DNA of 48,605 nt from Elainellaceae cyanobacterium (lineage in GTDB: Bacteria; Cyanobacteriota; Cyanobacteriia; CAZCXK01): contig JBNPEG010000079.1 in assembly GCA_051117555.1 (NCBI GenBank), positions 1 to 48,605 on the forward strand, read 5' to 3'. Positions 18,794 through 30,192 of the stretch are shown here, one piece after another (the stretch's first letter is position 1; every line of letters begins with the position of its first letter). Both the position numbers and the translations under genes were made by a program. Under the pieces are notes generated by a model. It ran no database searches and was not told where the DNA came from. It saw only the letters and a program-made list of their open reading frames with translations.

Positions 18794-19747
18794 TTAAGAG
18801 TGTTGTAATGATGTTGGAGACGCCACGTCTGGGCGAATCATGCCCCGCAATGCAGCTCTTAAATAGCCGATTTGACCATAAGCATAGACGAAGTTGTCAA
18901 AGCGTTGAGCCGGATCTCGAATACATTTAACCGAGTGATATAGCCCGCGAAGTAACCGCTCTCCACCCCGAACAATCTGTCTCGACCCTGCTTGTCCGGC
19001 GAGCTGTTCTCGATAACATTCGCTGATGCCCTGCCACCAGCTTCGATTGAGAAACCACGACCGCTGCAAACGCTCAGGTGCAACATGGTGAGCAACGTGA
19101 GCGTCAGGAAGATAGGCGACTTGCCAACCCATCCCGAGTGCAAGTTCTGTCATCCGCAATTCTTCATTTGAGAGGAGATTTTTGCCAACGCGTCCTAGGT
19201 TGACATCAAACCCACCGACCTCATCTAGAAATACTTTACGAATCGAATAGTTAAGCCCCCGAGGCGTCATGCCCGGACGATCGATATAAACCACCGATTC
19301 TCCTAGGTCATACAGTCCTAAATTGCCTGCCAACCCAGATGACAGCCATGGGGGAGGTGTGATCTCAGGCGACCAAATTAGCGTGACCCGTCCTCCTGCG
19401 ATCGCCAACTGGTCGTGAGTTTGATAGGCAGCATATAGAGACTGTAGCCAACCGGGACTGGCGATCGCATCGTCATCGAGATATGCCAAAATTTCTCCTC
19501 GGGCATCCCGCGCACCTGTATTGCGAGCCACCGAAAGCCCCGTCACAGGTTCGTAGATGTAGCGAAGACGAGGGTGGGGCAGACGAGACTCAACAACATT
19601 ACGAGTGCGATCGGTCGATGCGTTGTCTACCACAATTATCTCAAACTCATTCTCAAACTCTTGGTCGAGCAGACTATCAATTGCTTTGCCAAGGTAAGTA
19701 TCACGATTATGAGTGCAAATAATGGCAGACATGAGAGGACTTGGCAT
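18794..19747 (-). CDS. Glycosyltransferase family 2
   Basis: IICTHNR, VVDNASTD, GLSVARNTG, YLDDDA, LLSNEE. Confidence 0.93.
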   Translation of the reverse strand: MPSPLMSAIICTHNRDTYLGKAIDSLLDQEFENEFEIIVVDNASTDRTRNVVESRLPHPRLRYIYEPVTGLSVARNTGARDARGEILAYLDDDAIASPGWLQSLYAAYQTHDQLAIAGGRVTLIWSPEITPPPWLSSGLAGNLGLYDLGESVVYIDRPGMTPRGLNYSIRKVFLDEVGGFDVNLGRVGKNLLSNEELRMTELALGMGWQVAYLPDAHVAHHVAPERLQRSWFLNRSWWQGISECYREQLAGQAGSRQIVRGGERLLRGLYHSVKCIRDPAQRFDNFVYAYGQIGYLRAALRGMIRPDVASPTSLQHS

Positions 19748-20050
19748 AAATGTTGCCTCACTATATAAAACGCCCCAGCGTTAATCCTATTACTCCTTAT
19801 TTATTTAGCCCACAAACTTTAAAGGGACTACATCCGTTTCGACAAGATTTTACAATAGCCGTTAAATGTCACTGTATTTATACCTAATAAGAGGATTGAG
19901 CCCCCCACTTTAACGTCAACAGGAGAGGATGTAGCCCTTCCTTTCCTCGAGCAGATAACCTGATTGGAGTAGTCTTGTAATGTCCTATCGCTGGACGAAA
20001 CATCTTACAATTCTCAAAGATGCATTGAAATTGGACCTAATTTTAATTTT

Positions 20051-20266
20051 ATGGCTGTCAAAAAAGGCGATATTGTTCGAGTTGTCCGTGAAAAGCTAGA
20101 AAATAGTTTAGAAGCTCAAGCTAGCGATTCTCGATTTCCTCCCTATATCTTCGAATCGAAGGGTGAGATTTTAGATACCCGGGAAGATTATATGTTGGTC
20201 AAGTTTGGGTTGGTTCCGACCCCTGCGATTTGGCTAAGGGCTGATCAATTAGAGAAGTATGAGTAG
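20051..20266 (+). CDS. ndhO: NDH-1 subunit O
   Basis: [34 protein letters not shown]. Confidence 0.95.
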   Translation: MAVKKGDIVRVVREKLENSLEAQASDSRFPPYIFESKGEILDTREDYMLVKFGLVPTPAIWLRADQLEKYE

Positions 20267-20301
20267 AGCTAGGCTCCATCTCCAACTGCCAAACGTGTCT
20301 T

Positions 20302-21264
20302 ATGACTGCTTTCCAACATCCATTTTCTCGCCATTCTCCAAAAGTATCCGTTATTGGTGCTGGACAGGTTGGCAGCACGTTAGCTCAACGAATTGCCGAG
20401 AAAAATTTAGCAGACGTCGTTCTTTTAGATGTCGTCATCGGTCGTCCTCAAGGGGTCGCCCTTGATCTGATGGAGGCGCGTGGGATTGAGGGTCACGATC
20501 GCCACATCATCGGCACAGGTGATTATGCAGATACCGCCCACTCAAATGTTGTGGTTGTCACCGCTGGGTTGGCGCGTAAGCCAGGCATGAGCCGGGATGA
20601 TTTGCTCCAGACCAATGCCCAGATTGTTGCTGAGACGACTCAAAAGGCGATCGCCCGATCGCCTAACGCTATTTTCATCATCGTGACGAATCCCCTCGAC
20701 GTCATGACCTATGTTTCTTGGAAAGTCAGCGGTCTACCAACTCAGCAAATCATGGGCATGGCAGGTATTCTCGATTCCTCCCGGTTTCAGACATTCATCG
20801 CGATGGAACTGGGGGTGTCTGGTGCTGATGTGAATGCCATGGTGTTGGGAAGCCACGGAGATTTGATGGTTCCCCTGCCTCGATACTCGACGGTGAGTGG
20901 CATTCCCATTACCGATTTAATGGATGCTGCGACTATTGAACGATTGGTTGAACGTACCCGGCACGGTGGCGCAGAAATTGTTGAATTGATGAAGACGGGA
21001 GGAGCTTATTATGCACCCGCCTCGTCAATTTGTCAGATGGTCGAGGCGATTCTGCTAGATCAATCGAGGCTGTTGCCGATTGCGTCATATTTACAAGGAG
21101 AATATGGGCTAAACGACCTGTTTATTGGCGTGCCCGCTCGCTTAGGATGGACAGGGATTGAAGACATCCTAGAATTGAATTTGACTGACGTTGAGCGTGC
21201 GAGTCTTCACCAGTCTGCTCAAGTGGTTCGAGACGGTATTCAGAGAGCGATGGAATTGCTCTAA
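20302..21264 (+). CDS. mdh: Malate dehydrogenase (LDH-like)
   Basis: VIGAGQVG, TAGLARKPGMSRDDL, VTNPLD, LDSSR, GSHGD. Confidence 0.95.
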   Translation: MTAFQHPFSRHSPKVSVIGAGQVGSTLAQRIAEKNLADVVLLDVVIGRPQGVALDLMEARGIEGHDRHIIGTGDYADTAHSNVVVVTAGLARKPGMSRDDLLQTNAQIVAETTQKAIARSPNAIFIIVTNPLDVMTYVSWKVSGLPTQQIMGMAGILDSSRFQTFIAMELGVSGADVNAMVLGSHGDLMVPLPRYSTVSGIPITDLMDAATIERLVERTRHGGAEIVELMKTGGAYYAPASSICQMVEAILLDQSRLLPIASYLQGEYGLNDLFIGVPARLGWTGIEDILELNLTDVERASLHQSAQVVRDGIQRAMELL

Positions 21265-21290
21265 ATCTCTGGTTTTTGACTGCTCTCAGC

Positions 21291-22871
21291 CTAAGACTGA
21301 GTCGCATGCAGTGCAGGAATCAGAAACTGGACGAGTGTATGCGCGTCAACCCCTAATTCGGTGCGGTGTTGTGCAGCGAGTAGTCCTGCCTGAGCATGCC
21401 ACCACGTTGCAGATTGCACCATTGACTCGGTGGGGATGTCGTGCGAGGTTGCTTGAGCCAGAAGCCCGCCCAGTAAGCCGGTCAGGACATCTCCACTGCC
21501 GCCACGCGCTAGTGCGGGTGTGCTGTCGGGATTAAACCAAACAGTACCTTGGTCATTGGCGATCGCCACTTTTGCGCCTTTCAGTAGCACGATTGCCTTG
21601 CTTTGTTGAGCTGCTGAGCGAACCGAATCGGTGCGATCGCTTGTATTCTCAGCGATCTTAGGAAACAGGCGCTTGAACTCGCCCGGATGAGGGGTCAAAA
21701 CGGTTGGAGCTGTGCGGGTTGATAAGGTAGACACCGTATCGAGCTGAGACAGAATATTAAGACCATCTGCATCTAACACGAGGGGGCGATCGCTCTCCAA
21801 AACGTGTTTAACGACAGAGATAGCCGTGGGAGTTAGCCCTGGCCCACAGGCGATCGCGCTATAAGATTCTAGATTGACATCATCAGGGAATTGATCAATG
21901 GCTCCATTGTCGCGTTCGGGGCAGCCAATGACTAGAGCATCCGGGACTTGAGCCACCACGATGGGTTTCAAATAGTCAGGAACTGCAATTGATAACATGC
22001 CAACCCCGCTCGCTCGCGCAGCCAGCGACGTCAAAATTGATGCCCCCATATATTGACGCGAACCGCACACAATCAGCAAATGTCCCTGTCTATATTTGTG
22101 AGTTGCTGGATGCCGATGCAGAGGGAGCGTGGCGATCGCGCGATCGGGAGTAATGCGCTGCAACGATGGTGAATCACCTAGCACCGCTTGAATATCGTGA
22201 ATCGGAATACCGTAATCAACCAGCTCCGACGTGCCGATGTAGGCTAGCGAATGGTCTTGCAAGAAGGCGAGTTTCCAGAGCCCTAAGCACAATGTTTGGT
22301 TGGCTCGAATCGCCGCCCCCAATACCTCACCAGTATCGGTGTGCAAACCGGAAGGTATATCAATGCTGACAACTGGAATTGACCATTGATTGATGTGGGC
22401 GATCGCATCTGCTGCTGCACCTTCGATGTTGCGAGTCAAGCCAAAACCAAATAATCCATCAATGAGCACGTCACACGATTGAAGCGATTCGACCGAATCC
22501 GCCCAAGGAATACCCATCGATGTTGCATATTGGGCATGATGTCCGGTGAGTTCTTTCTGCTTTGAAAAGGGACGATAAATCGTAACGTGATACCCGTTGA
22601 GATGGAGTTCACGACCGACAACAAGCGCATCGCCACCGTTATGTCCGGGGCCGATGAGGATACCAACCCGAGCAAATCGTGAAACTGGATAGTTCTCCCG
22701 AATTCGTTGCACGAGCAACCCTGCGACCTTCTCCATCAGTGCCGCAACGGGCATGCCCGCATCAAAAATTCGAGACTCGATATCGCCCATCTGGCTTGCA
22801 GTAACCACGATGCGCTGAACGTAGTTTTGCCGGGCATAGTTTTGCCGGGCATGGAGACTCAGACCGTTCAT
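21291..22871 (-). CDS. nnr: Bifunctional NAD(P)H-hydrate epimerase/dehydratase
   Basis: ALME, GPGHNGGD, DGLFGFG, SIDIPSG, HKY..G, LDADGL, TPHPGEF, GGSGDVL; start codon uncertain. Confidence 0.93.
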   Translation of the reverse strand: MNGLSLHARQNYARQNYVQRIVVTASQMGDIESRIFDAGMPVAALMEKVAGLLVQRIRENYPVSRFARVGILIGPGHNGGDALVVGRELHLNGYHVTIYRPFSKQKELTGHHAQYATSMGIPWADSVESLQSCDVLIDGLFGFGLTRNIEGAAADAIAHINQWSIPVVSIDIPSGLHTDTGEVLGAAIRANQTLCLGLWKLAFLQDHSLAYIGTSELVDYGIPIHDIQAVLGDSPSLQRITPDRAIATLPLHRHPATHKYRQGHLLIVCGSRQYMGASILTSLAARASGVGMLSIAVPDYLKPIVVAQVPDALVIGCPERDNGAIDQFPDDVNLESYSAIACGPGLTPTAISVVKHVLESDRPLVLDADGLNILSQLDTVSTLSTRTAPTVLTPHPGEFKRLFPKIAENTSDRTDSVRSAAQQSKAIVLLKGAKVAIANDQGTVWFNPDSTPALARGGSGDVLTGLLGGLLAQATSHDIPTESMVQSATWWHAQAGLLAAQHRTELGVDAHTLVQFLIPALHATQS

Positions 22872-22929
22872 AAGACAGGTAAACGAAGGGTTACACGTTT
22901 AACCTTAGCGTCTGTGCTGATCTCTACAA

Positions 22930-23802
22930 CTATCGTTCGTAGTAGACCCGGGAGTTCATTCCAAAATCTCTTAAAAATCGATTCCAACGAGACGCGGCAC
23001 TGCGATCGACAAACGGCCCAACCAACACATGCGGACCCCGTGGCCGCTCCCGTTCCAGCACGGCGTTTTGCTGAGCGCCCAATAAAATCACTTGTTCTCG
23101 AAGCTGGGTTAAATCATCGCGATCGCCCGGGATAACGAGATAATAGGCATTGTCTGGAATTTCAGCCGCATTTTGAATACCGGGTCCTTGTGAGGCTGCG
23201 CTGGAATAGGGATCGTTTAAACTTGGAATTTGCTCAAACTCTAATTCTCTAGCCTGGGTCGCCACAGGTGCCAGGTCAGCAGGCGGCAGTCTTGGCATGG
23301 TTGAAAAGTCACTACTAGAGGGAGAGGGAGCCGCATCGGCTGGCGCAAACGCAACGCTTGAAACGGGTTCAACTTCTGCGCCAATGCCCTGATTAAATAG
23401 TTCTGTGGCTTTTTGCTCGGCATCGGGTGCTTGCTCAAATAGCCCGACAAGGATTACCCGACGCCCATTATATTCCTGTAACAGCGCGTTGGGTTCAACT
23501 TGCCTGACCTGTTCAAGCAAGAGGGGACTATCTCCGTTGACATAGACGAGATAGAGCTGATCGGGTATTCCAGCATCATTAACCTGTAACGGTTCGGTTT
23601 GAGGTGATGACCCCAGATCATCCCCGAACGAGGGCGGAGGCGGTAATCCATCGACTAAATCTTGAGCGAGGAGTGGTCGACGAGTGGATTCGGCGGACGC
23701 AGTTGAAATCGCCATTGGGGAGACTATCATTGCGATCGCCAGTGACGATAGAGAGCCTAGATACGCCAACGCATTTAAACGAAAATAACGGTAAGCCATC
23801 AT
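22930..23802 (-). CDS. Secreted hypothetical protein with SPOR-like modules
   Basis: Signal-peptide-like N-terminus; YLVYV...QVRQVEPNA..VG.F and RGPHVLVGPF...A.RW...LR..G.NSRVYY. Confidence 0.75.
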   Translation of the reverse strand: MMAYRYFRLNALAYLGSLSSLAIAMIVSPMAISTASAESTRRPLLAQDLVDGLPPPPSFGDDLGSSPQTEPLQVNDAGIPDQLYLVYVNGDSPLLLEQVRQVEPNALLQEYNGRRVILVGLFEQAPDAEQKATELFNQGIGAEVEPVSSVAFAPADAAPSPSSSDFSTMPRLPPADLAPVATQARELEFEQIPSLNDPYSSAASQGPGIQNAAEIPDNAYYLVIPGDRDDLTQLREQVILLGAQQNAVLERERPRGPHVLVGPFVDRSAASRWNRFLRDFGMNSRVYYER

Positions 23803-23865
23803 AGTGATAGGGTGCTGAACACGTTAGACCGAAAAGACATGAGAGCAGACGCGCAAACGTTCCTT

Positions 23866-23900
23866 ATTAAGGCGTTCATTATCAAGCGTTCCTTATCAAA
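23866..23900. repeat. Short imperfect tandem repeat (cgttccttatcaa-like)
   Basis: cgttccttattaag-gcgttcattatcaa-gcgttccttatcaa; three units starting near 23858, in the divergent promoter region. Confidence 0.6.
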
Positions 23901-24167
23901 GGATAAACGCTACACATAGCGGAGAAGACTGTCTTAAACCACTACATTAACAGGCTCGTTCCAGAAATTCCAGAAAACGGAGGAAGCCTTGAACCCAAAG
24001 ATCTGCATCAGCGGGACGCACTGCTGTATTTGCCCGTAGATGTTACCCTAGAAAAGCTATCTAGTAAATCTCCTGCGTGTTTTGTTACGGCTCTTTACGC
24101 AGTCAGAGTGCCTAGAGTGGCGTTATTCGCTCGTATTTCAAGTCTCTAGAACTCACGTCTCCAGATC

Positions 24168-25253
24168 ATGCACCATAAGGTTGTCGTTGGGCTTTCCGGT
24201 GGAGTTGATAGCTCAGTTGCCGCAGCAAGCCTTCACCATCAAGGATATGACGTTGTCGGGTTAACCCTTTGGCTCATGAAAGGCAAAGGGCAATGTTGTT
24301 CTGAAGGCATGGTAGATGCAGCCGCAATCTGTGAACAGCTTGATATTCCCCATCACATTGTTGATAGTCGAGAGCTGTTTCAGACTCAGATTGTCGATTA
24401 TTTGGTCGGCGGGTATGGCGCTGGGATCACGCCATTGCCATGTTCACAATGCAATAAGGCGGTGAAGTTTGGCCCAATGCTGCGCTATGCCTTTGATGAG
24501 CTGGGTGTTCAGACGATTGCGACAGGCCATTATGCTCGTGTGAGCTATGATGCAGAGCGCGATCGCTATCAGCTTCGTCGAGCTGTTGATGGGCGCAAGG
24601 ATCAGTCGTATTTTCTTTATGACTTAGACCAAGATGTGTTAGCTCATGTGCTGTTTCCGCTAGGAGAGCAGACCAAAGCGGAAACCCGCCACCTGGCCGC
24701 TCAATTTGGGTTGTTGACTGCTGAGAAACCCGAAAGCCAGGATTTGTGCTTGATTGAATCCCATGGCTCGATGCGAGAGTTTCTAGATCAATACTTAGCA
24801 CCTAAACAAGGAGATATTGTCGATGTGTCGGGTCAAGTTCTGGGTCAACACAACGGCATTCATCACTACACGATTGGACAGCGAAAAGGGCTGGGCATTG
24901 CTGCTCCTAATCCCCTCTATGTAATTGCTATTGATGCGGGTCGTAACCGAGTCGTCGTGGGCGATCGCACGAGCGCAAATCATCCAGAATGCACGGTGCA
25001 ACGGGTGAATTGGGTTTCAATGTCTGAGCCGGACGCTCCGATTCGAGCCCATGTACAAATTCGATATCGATCACCCGCTGTTCCTGCAACCGTTATTCCA
25101 ATCAAAGCGTCAGGAGATGCCGCGCGTGTTCGGGTGATTTTTGATGATCCTCAATTTAGCGTGACTCCAGGGCAAGCAGCTGTTTGGTATCAAGATGATC
25201 TTCTCCTAGGAGGTGGGATCATTGAAACTCTAGACACTGTGAACCAGTCGTAA
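24168..25253 (+). CDS. mnmA: tRNA 2-thiouridine(34) synthase
   Basis: [49 protein letters not shown]. Confidence 0.97.
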   Translation: MHHKVVVGLSGGVDSSVAAASLHHQGYDVVGLTLWLMKGKGQCCSEGMVDAAAICEQLDIPHHIVDSRELFQTQIVDYLVGGYGAGITPLPCSQCNKAVKFGPMLRYAFDELGVQTIATGHYARVSYDAERDRYQLRRAVDGRKDQSYFLYDLDQDVLAHVLFPLGEQTKAETRHLAAQFGLLTAEKPESQDLCLIESHGSMREFLDQYLAPKQGDIVDVSGQVLGQHNGIHHYTIGQRKGLGIAAPNPLYVIAIDAGRNRVVVGDRTSANHPECTVQRVNWVSMSEPDAPIRAHVQIRYRSPAVPATVIPIKASGDAARVRVIFDDPQFSVTPGQAAVWYQDDLLLGGGIIETLDTVNQS

Positions 25254-25381
25254 AAAAATAGTAAATACTGCTTGACAACTTTCGCTCTTGTCCATAGGCG
25301 TTTTAGGATAAGAGCGCATGTCACTAAGTATGAACACTTGGCTTGCTTTGCTATAGATGCTCACGTTTAGGAGAGAAACCC

Positions 25382-26560
25382 TTGAGTCATTATTCAGATT
25401 TAATTCCCCCCCATGGTGGGCAGCTTATCAATCGGATTGCTACACCCGAGCAGTGCCAGGAACTCTTGTCAATGGCAACCGATCTCCCTCGTCTACAGAT
25501 GGATAAGCGAACCACATCTGATTTGGTCATGATCGCAATTGGTGGGTTTAGCCCCTTGACGGGGTTCATGGAAGAGTCGGATTATGAATCTGTTGTCACA
25601 ACAATGACCTTGGCAAACGGGTTGCCGTGGTCAATTCCAATTACGCTGTCTGTCACTGAGGAAGAGGCAGAAGGGCTGAAAGAGGGCGATCGCATTCGTC
25701 TGGATGATCCTAACGGTGAATTTGTGGGAGTTTTAGAACTCACTCAAAAATACCAATACGATAAAGTAAAGGAAGCAACCCACGTCTATCGCACCGACGA
25801 AGCCAAGCACCCTGGCGTAAAAGTAATTTTTGACCAAGGCGCTGTCAATCTTGCCGGTCCGGTTTGGTTATTGGAACGTCACGCCCATCCTCAGTTTCCG
25901 GCTTATCAGATTGATCCGGCTGAATCTCGTGAGATGTTTCGGCAGAAAGGGTGGAAAACGGTCGTAGGATTTCAGACCCGTAACCCAATCCATCGCGCCC
26001 ATGAATATATTCAGAAATGTGCGTTGGAAACAGTTGATGGTTTATTTCTTCATCCGCTTGTGGGAGCCACAAAAAGTGACGACATTCCCGCAGATGTGCG
26101 TATGCGTTGTTATGAGATTATGTTAGATAAGTATTTCCCGAAAGACCGGGTTATTCTAGCTATTAACCCAGCCGCAATGCGTTACGCTGGTCCGCGAGAG
26201 GCGATTTTTCATGCACTAGTCCGTAAGAATTATGGCTGCACCCACTTTATTGTGGGACGCGATCACGCTGGCGTAGGGGATTACTATGGTACGTATGATG
26301 CTCAGCATATCTTTGATGAATTTGATCCTGATGCGCTTGGGATCATGCCGATGAGATTTGAGCATGCGTTTTATTGCACTCGTACTCAGTCAATGGCGAC
26401 CACCAAGACGAGTCCGAGCGCGCCTGAGGAAAGAATTCATCTGTCTGGTACGAAGGTGCGGGAAATGTTGCGGCGAGGAGAACTTCCTCCTCAACAGTTC
26501 TCTCGTCCTGAAGTGGCGGCAGAGCTCGCAAGAGCAATGAAGGTCACGGTGGAGGCATAA
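25382..26560 (+). CDS. sat: Sulfate adenylyltransferase
   Basis: [47 protein letters not shown] start after GGAG RBS. Confidence 0.97.
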   Translation: MSHYSDLIPPHGGQLINRIATPEQCQELLSMATDLPRLQMDKRTTSDLVMIAIGGFSPLTGFMEESDYESVVTTMTLANGLPWSIPITLSVTEEEAEGLKEGDRIRLDDPNGEFVGVLELTQKYQYDKVKEATHVYRTDEAKHPGVKVIFDQGAVNLAGPVWLLERHAHPQFPAYQIDPAESREMFRQKGWKTVVGFQTRNPIHRAHEYIQKCALETVDGLFLHPLVGATKSDDIPADVRMRCYEIMLDKYFPKDRVILAINPAAMRYAGPREAIFHALVRKNYGCTHFIVGRDHAGVGDYYGTYDAQHIFDEFDPDALGIMPMRFEHAFYCTRTQSMATTKTSPSAPEERIHLSGTKVREMLRRGELPPQQFSRPEVAAELARAMKVTVEA

Positions 26561-26567
26561 CGATTCG

Positions 26568-29018
26568 GTGGGATTGAAGCGACGAGCCTTTTTGCAGCAG
26601 ACGGCTCTAGCGCTGACTGCGTTAGGAGTCAGTGAGGCATCTTTGTCTTTATTTGCTAGTCGATATCAGCAGGCTCTCGCTCAACCCACTCGCCGGAAGC
26701 TTGCGTTGTTGGTTGGGATCAATCAGTATCCAGAAGAGGTCTGTGATTTTGTCCCAAACCGGGGATCGGCTTTGAACGGGTGTATCACCGATATTGAGCT
26801 TCAAAAAGAGTTATTGATTCATCGGTTTGGGTTTCAGCCTGATGATGTTTTAGTACTAACTGACCAGCAAGCCACTCGACAGGCCATTGAAACGGCATTT
26901 ATGTCTCATTTGGTCGAGCAGGCTCGGTCTGGAGATGTTGTCGTATTTCACTTTAGCGGGCTGGGTAGCCGCGTGAAAATCAGCTCACCGACGGAGTCGG
27001 TGCATAACACGTTGGTTCCTGTTGATGGCGTGCTTCCGACCGAAGATGATCCGCTCATTCATGACATCTTCGAAGAAACTCTGGCGTTACTTCTGCGATC
27101 GCTTAAGACCAGCTTAGTCACGACGATTCTTGACATCAGCTATGTTGAACCCCAGCAAACTCTACTGGGTAATCTCCGGGTGCGATCGCGTCCTAATGCT
27201 CCGAGTGGTCAACAAGCAATCCAACCCGAACAAGCATTCCAAGATCAGTTGCTGAATCGCGTTAATGCGTCTCGTGGACAACTCAACGCCCAACTACAGT
27301 CGGGTCAGTTGCCGGGGCTATTGATGACGGCAACTGGGCCGAGACAGATCGCAGCGGAAGCTCAATGGAATGGGTTTAGTGCAGGGCTGTTTACCTATGC
27401 TCTGACTCAGCAGCTCTGGTGGTCGACTCCGGCGACGTCGTTGCGCTTTAGCCTTAATCAGGCAGGCGGCATGGTAGAACAATTGGTCGGGAATGAACAG
27501 CAACCTCGATTGGAGGGGTTAAAGGCAGATGATCCGTCTCTCCCTCCCTATTTTTTAGACCCCAACACATCTATGGGAGCGGATGGCGTCGTTCGATCAG
27601 TAGAATCTGATGGTAAAACCTTCCAGCTTTGGTTGGGCGGTCTTCCAGCGTCTGTGATTGAAAACTATGGGAATAATTCTGTTCTATCGCTCCATAAAGT
27701 AGGTCTAATTAAAATCAAGCCAAACGCAGAATCGTCTCCAGAATCGTCTTCAACGACGGAATCCGCAGATGAGGATGAGTCGCCGTCAAGTGCTGCGATC
27801 GCCGATGATGCTGAATCAGCCAATGGGCCAGACGGGCGATCGCTACAGATTCGGTCACGAGAAGGGCTGCTGATTAAAGCTCGTTTATGCTGCGGTGACA
27901 CGACAGATTCATCAAAATCTGTTGAAGCGGGGCTGCTCGTTCGAGAATCAATGAGAGTCTTGCCGCGTAATATCAGCTTGATTGTGGCACTAGATTCTAG
28001 CCTAGAGCGAATTGAACGGGTTGATGCGACAAGTGCTCTGTCAGCCATTCCCCGGGTATCGTCTGTTGTGGCAGGTGAACAACCCGCTGACTGTCTGTTT
28101 GGAAAGATTCAAGCCATTACTCCCACGTTAGCCGCATCGTTTCCGGATGACGTGCTGCCGCGCAATTTATTGTCTCAGACTATGAAGACCCAAAGTTCAT
28201 CTCAGAATGATGGACAATATGGGCTGTTCTACTTAAGTCGAGCTGCCATTCCCAACACATTAGTCGAATCAGAAGAAGCCGTTAAAACCGCTATCAATCG
28301 GTTAACGCCTCAGTTGCGAACTCTTCTGGCCCGCAAGTTACTTCGGCTGACGACCAATGAAGGGTCATCTCGACTAGGAGTTCGAGCGACTCTAGAAATG
28401 GTGTCGCCTCAGGAACGAATCATTATGCAGCGGGAGACGATTCGAGCCCCGTGGAAGCCACCTGAAAGTCGGCTCGCATCTCTGTTTATCGGTGAAGGAG
28501 CTGTCCCCACACTGCCCGTTAATAGCCGGATTCAGTATCGACTTCAAAACTACAGCGATCGCCCCATCTATTGCACGTTTATTGGGCTTGATAGCAACGG
28601 CAATGCGATTGCAGTCTATCCAGCCCTGGGAAATAGCGGAGGCGGATCTGATACGTCAGCGAACCTGGGAGACAGCGTGATTGAACCTGGAGAAATCTTG
28701 CTGGTTCCGCAAGCATCTGCTGCCTCTGAGTGGGTCGTTAACGGTTCAAAGGGATTGGCCGAAACATTTATTTTGTTCAGCCGTTCTCCTCTTTCCCTGA
28801 CGGCGACTGCCCTAGCCGACGAAATCCGACCTGTCGGCAACGTACGCCGTCCTAGTATTCTTGCTAATCCGTTGAAGATTGTGCAAACGATTTTGCAAGA
28901 TTTGCACCGAGCCAGCATCCGCAATCGACCCCAGCTTGAGATTCCTGCCGATTCCTACGCGTTAGATGTGAATACGTGGGCAAGCATGAACTTTGTCTAT
29001 CGAGTGATGGACTCGTAG
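26568..29018 (+). CDS. Caspase-fold (C14) protein with Tat-like signal, substituted catalytic dyad and C-terminal DUF4384-like domain
   Basis: KRRAFL Tat-like motif; KLALLVGINQY, LNGCITD, ATRQAI; FHFSGLG and ILDISY in place of SGHG and DxC. Confidence 0.85.
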   Translation: MGLKRRAFLQQTALALTALGVSEASLSLFASRYQQALAQPTRRKLALLVGINQYPEEVCDFVPNRGSALNGCITDIELQKELLIHRFGFQPDDVLVLTDQQATRQAIETAFMSHLVEQARSGDVVVFHFSGLGSRVKISSPTESVHNTLVPVDGVLPTEDDPLIHDIFEETLALLLRSLKTSLVTTILDISYVEPQQTLLGNLRVRSRPNAPSGQQAIQPEQAFQDQLLNRVNASRGQLNAQLQSGQLPGLLMTATGPRQIAAEAQWNGFSAGLFTYALTQQLWWSTPATSLRFSLNQAGGMVEQLVGNEQQPRLEGLKADDPSLPPYFLDPNTSMGADGVVRSVESDGKTFQLWLGGLPASVIENYGNNSVLSLHKVGLIKIKPNAESSPESSSTTESADEDESPSSAAIADDAESANGPDGRSLQIRSREGLLIKARLCCGDTTDSSKSVEAGLLVRESMRVLPRNISLIVALDSSLERIERVDATSALSAIPRVSSVVAGEQPADCLFGKIQAITPTLAASFPDDVLPRNLLSQTMKTQSSSQNDGQYGLFYLSRAAIPNTLVESEEAVKTAINRLTPQLRTLLARKLLRLTTNEGSSRLGVRATLEMVSPQERIIMQRETIRAPWKPPESRLASLFIGEGAVPTLPVNSRIQYRLQNYSDRPIYCTFIGLDSNGNAIAVYPALGNSGGGSDTSANLGDSVIEPGEILLVPQASAASEWVVNGSKGLAETFILFSRSPLSLTATALADEIRPVGNVRRPSILANPLKIVQTILQDLHRASIRNRPQLEIPADSYALDVNTWASMNFVYRVMDS

Positions 29019-29047
29019 GGTTATGGACTCGTAGGCAAGACAACGCT

Positions 29048-29539
29048 CTACGCCTGGAATAGGCGTTTCCAATTTTCGACGAGTTGATGGACCTCAGTGC
29101 TGCCTTCCTCGGGGAACACGGCTAAGAATTCTTTATCGGTCGATGGGGTATAGGGGCCTTCTTTCATCTCAAGCATCACAGTGTCTGGTGCCAGAGTGAC
29201 TAGCGTGTGATACGTGCCTTCTGCAAGCTCAATTCCTCGAACCGACCCTTGAGCGCTCAATCGTTCGGCGTACTCGACACGCCCAGATTCATCAAAAATC
29301 AGAATACCAATTTCGCCCTGAAGCACCAGGAAAAACTCAAATCCATTCATATCAGCAGAACGGATATGTCGGTGAGGCCGCACGTAGCTGCCAGGTTGAA
29401 GCACATTAATAAACCGTTGCACCCGTTCCGATAACTCATGGAAATTATAGTTTTTTCTGAGACGCGGGCTCAGCCTAGATTGATGAGCAACGTCGTCTAG
29501 TAAATCTTGGGTCAAGAGCGTGATGAACGGAGGAATCAT
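29048..29539 (-). CDS. WbuC family cupin metalloprotein
   Basis: SPRLRKNYNFH, QRFINVLQPGSYVRPHRH, E.KEGPY. Confidence 0.88.
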   Translation of the reverse strand: MIPPFITLLTQDLLDDVAHQSRLSPRLRKNYNFHELSERVQRFINVLQPGSYVRPHRHIRSADMNGFEFFLVLQGEIGILIFDESGRVEYAERLSAQGSVRGIELAEGTYHTLVTLAPDTVMLEMKEGPYTPSTDKEFLAVFPEEGSTEVHQLVENWKRLFQA

Positions 29540-29978
29540 AAAAATCTCCAAACAGGAAATATAGCAAAGGCAAAAGGCTGAACGCTAAAAGCCAAAAGCC
29601 GAAAGTTATAGCCCTACGGGCTTAGGTTTGTGTGCCAATTACCAACGTGGTATCGACGATTACACAATTTTTTAGAAATACAAAAACATAGAAATTTAAT
29701 TAATTTTTAATATTTTTAGTAGTTCAAAATACGTCTGCTTTTCCAAGTGTTTTAGCACATAAATCACAGTCACGTCTAACACGTATAGAGCGGTCAATGC
29801 TACTGTATGGCTTGGTTTGAATAGTCTAAGGAAAATATAAATTGAGTCGAGTCATTCATTTCTTTCATCAACCTATGCACACGTGGCGATCGCTAGCAAT
29901 GATGAAATCGGCTTAATTTATGCGCGGGGATCAACTTAAACGTTTGATTTCGACATGCGAATTTTTGCAAGAATGACG

Positions 29979-30009
29979 TTGCCAGTTTTTCTCTAACACT
30001 GTCATAATG
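29979..30009 (+). promoter_or_regulatory. Putative sigma70-type promoter of the Zn-ribbon gene
   Basis: TTGCCA-N18-CATAAT in an AT-rich intergenic region. Confidence 0.4.
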
Positions 30010-30192
30010 ATCAAGCATGCAACAAAATGTTGATGATTATTGCTGAACATTACCTTTTTATTTAGCTTCATTAATCAACGCACATTTTGTAGATATTGAT
30101 GTGTTTCCTGAGGTGCACATTAATTGCACCTTATATTTTTGAAATTTCTTTTCTGTTGTTTTGCCAAATATGTTGGCATTAGAGGTTTAAGA

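Noticed and set aside
26568..29018. hetF, given the nearby NsiR1-like RNA
   Set aside because: C14-type motifs, Tat-like signal and a dead dyad; not the CHAT-type HetF architecture.
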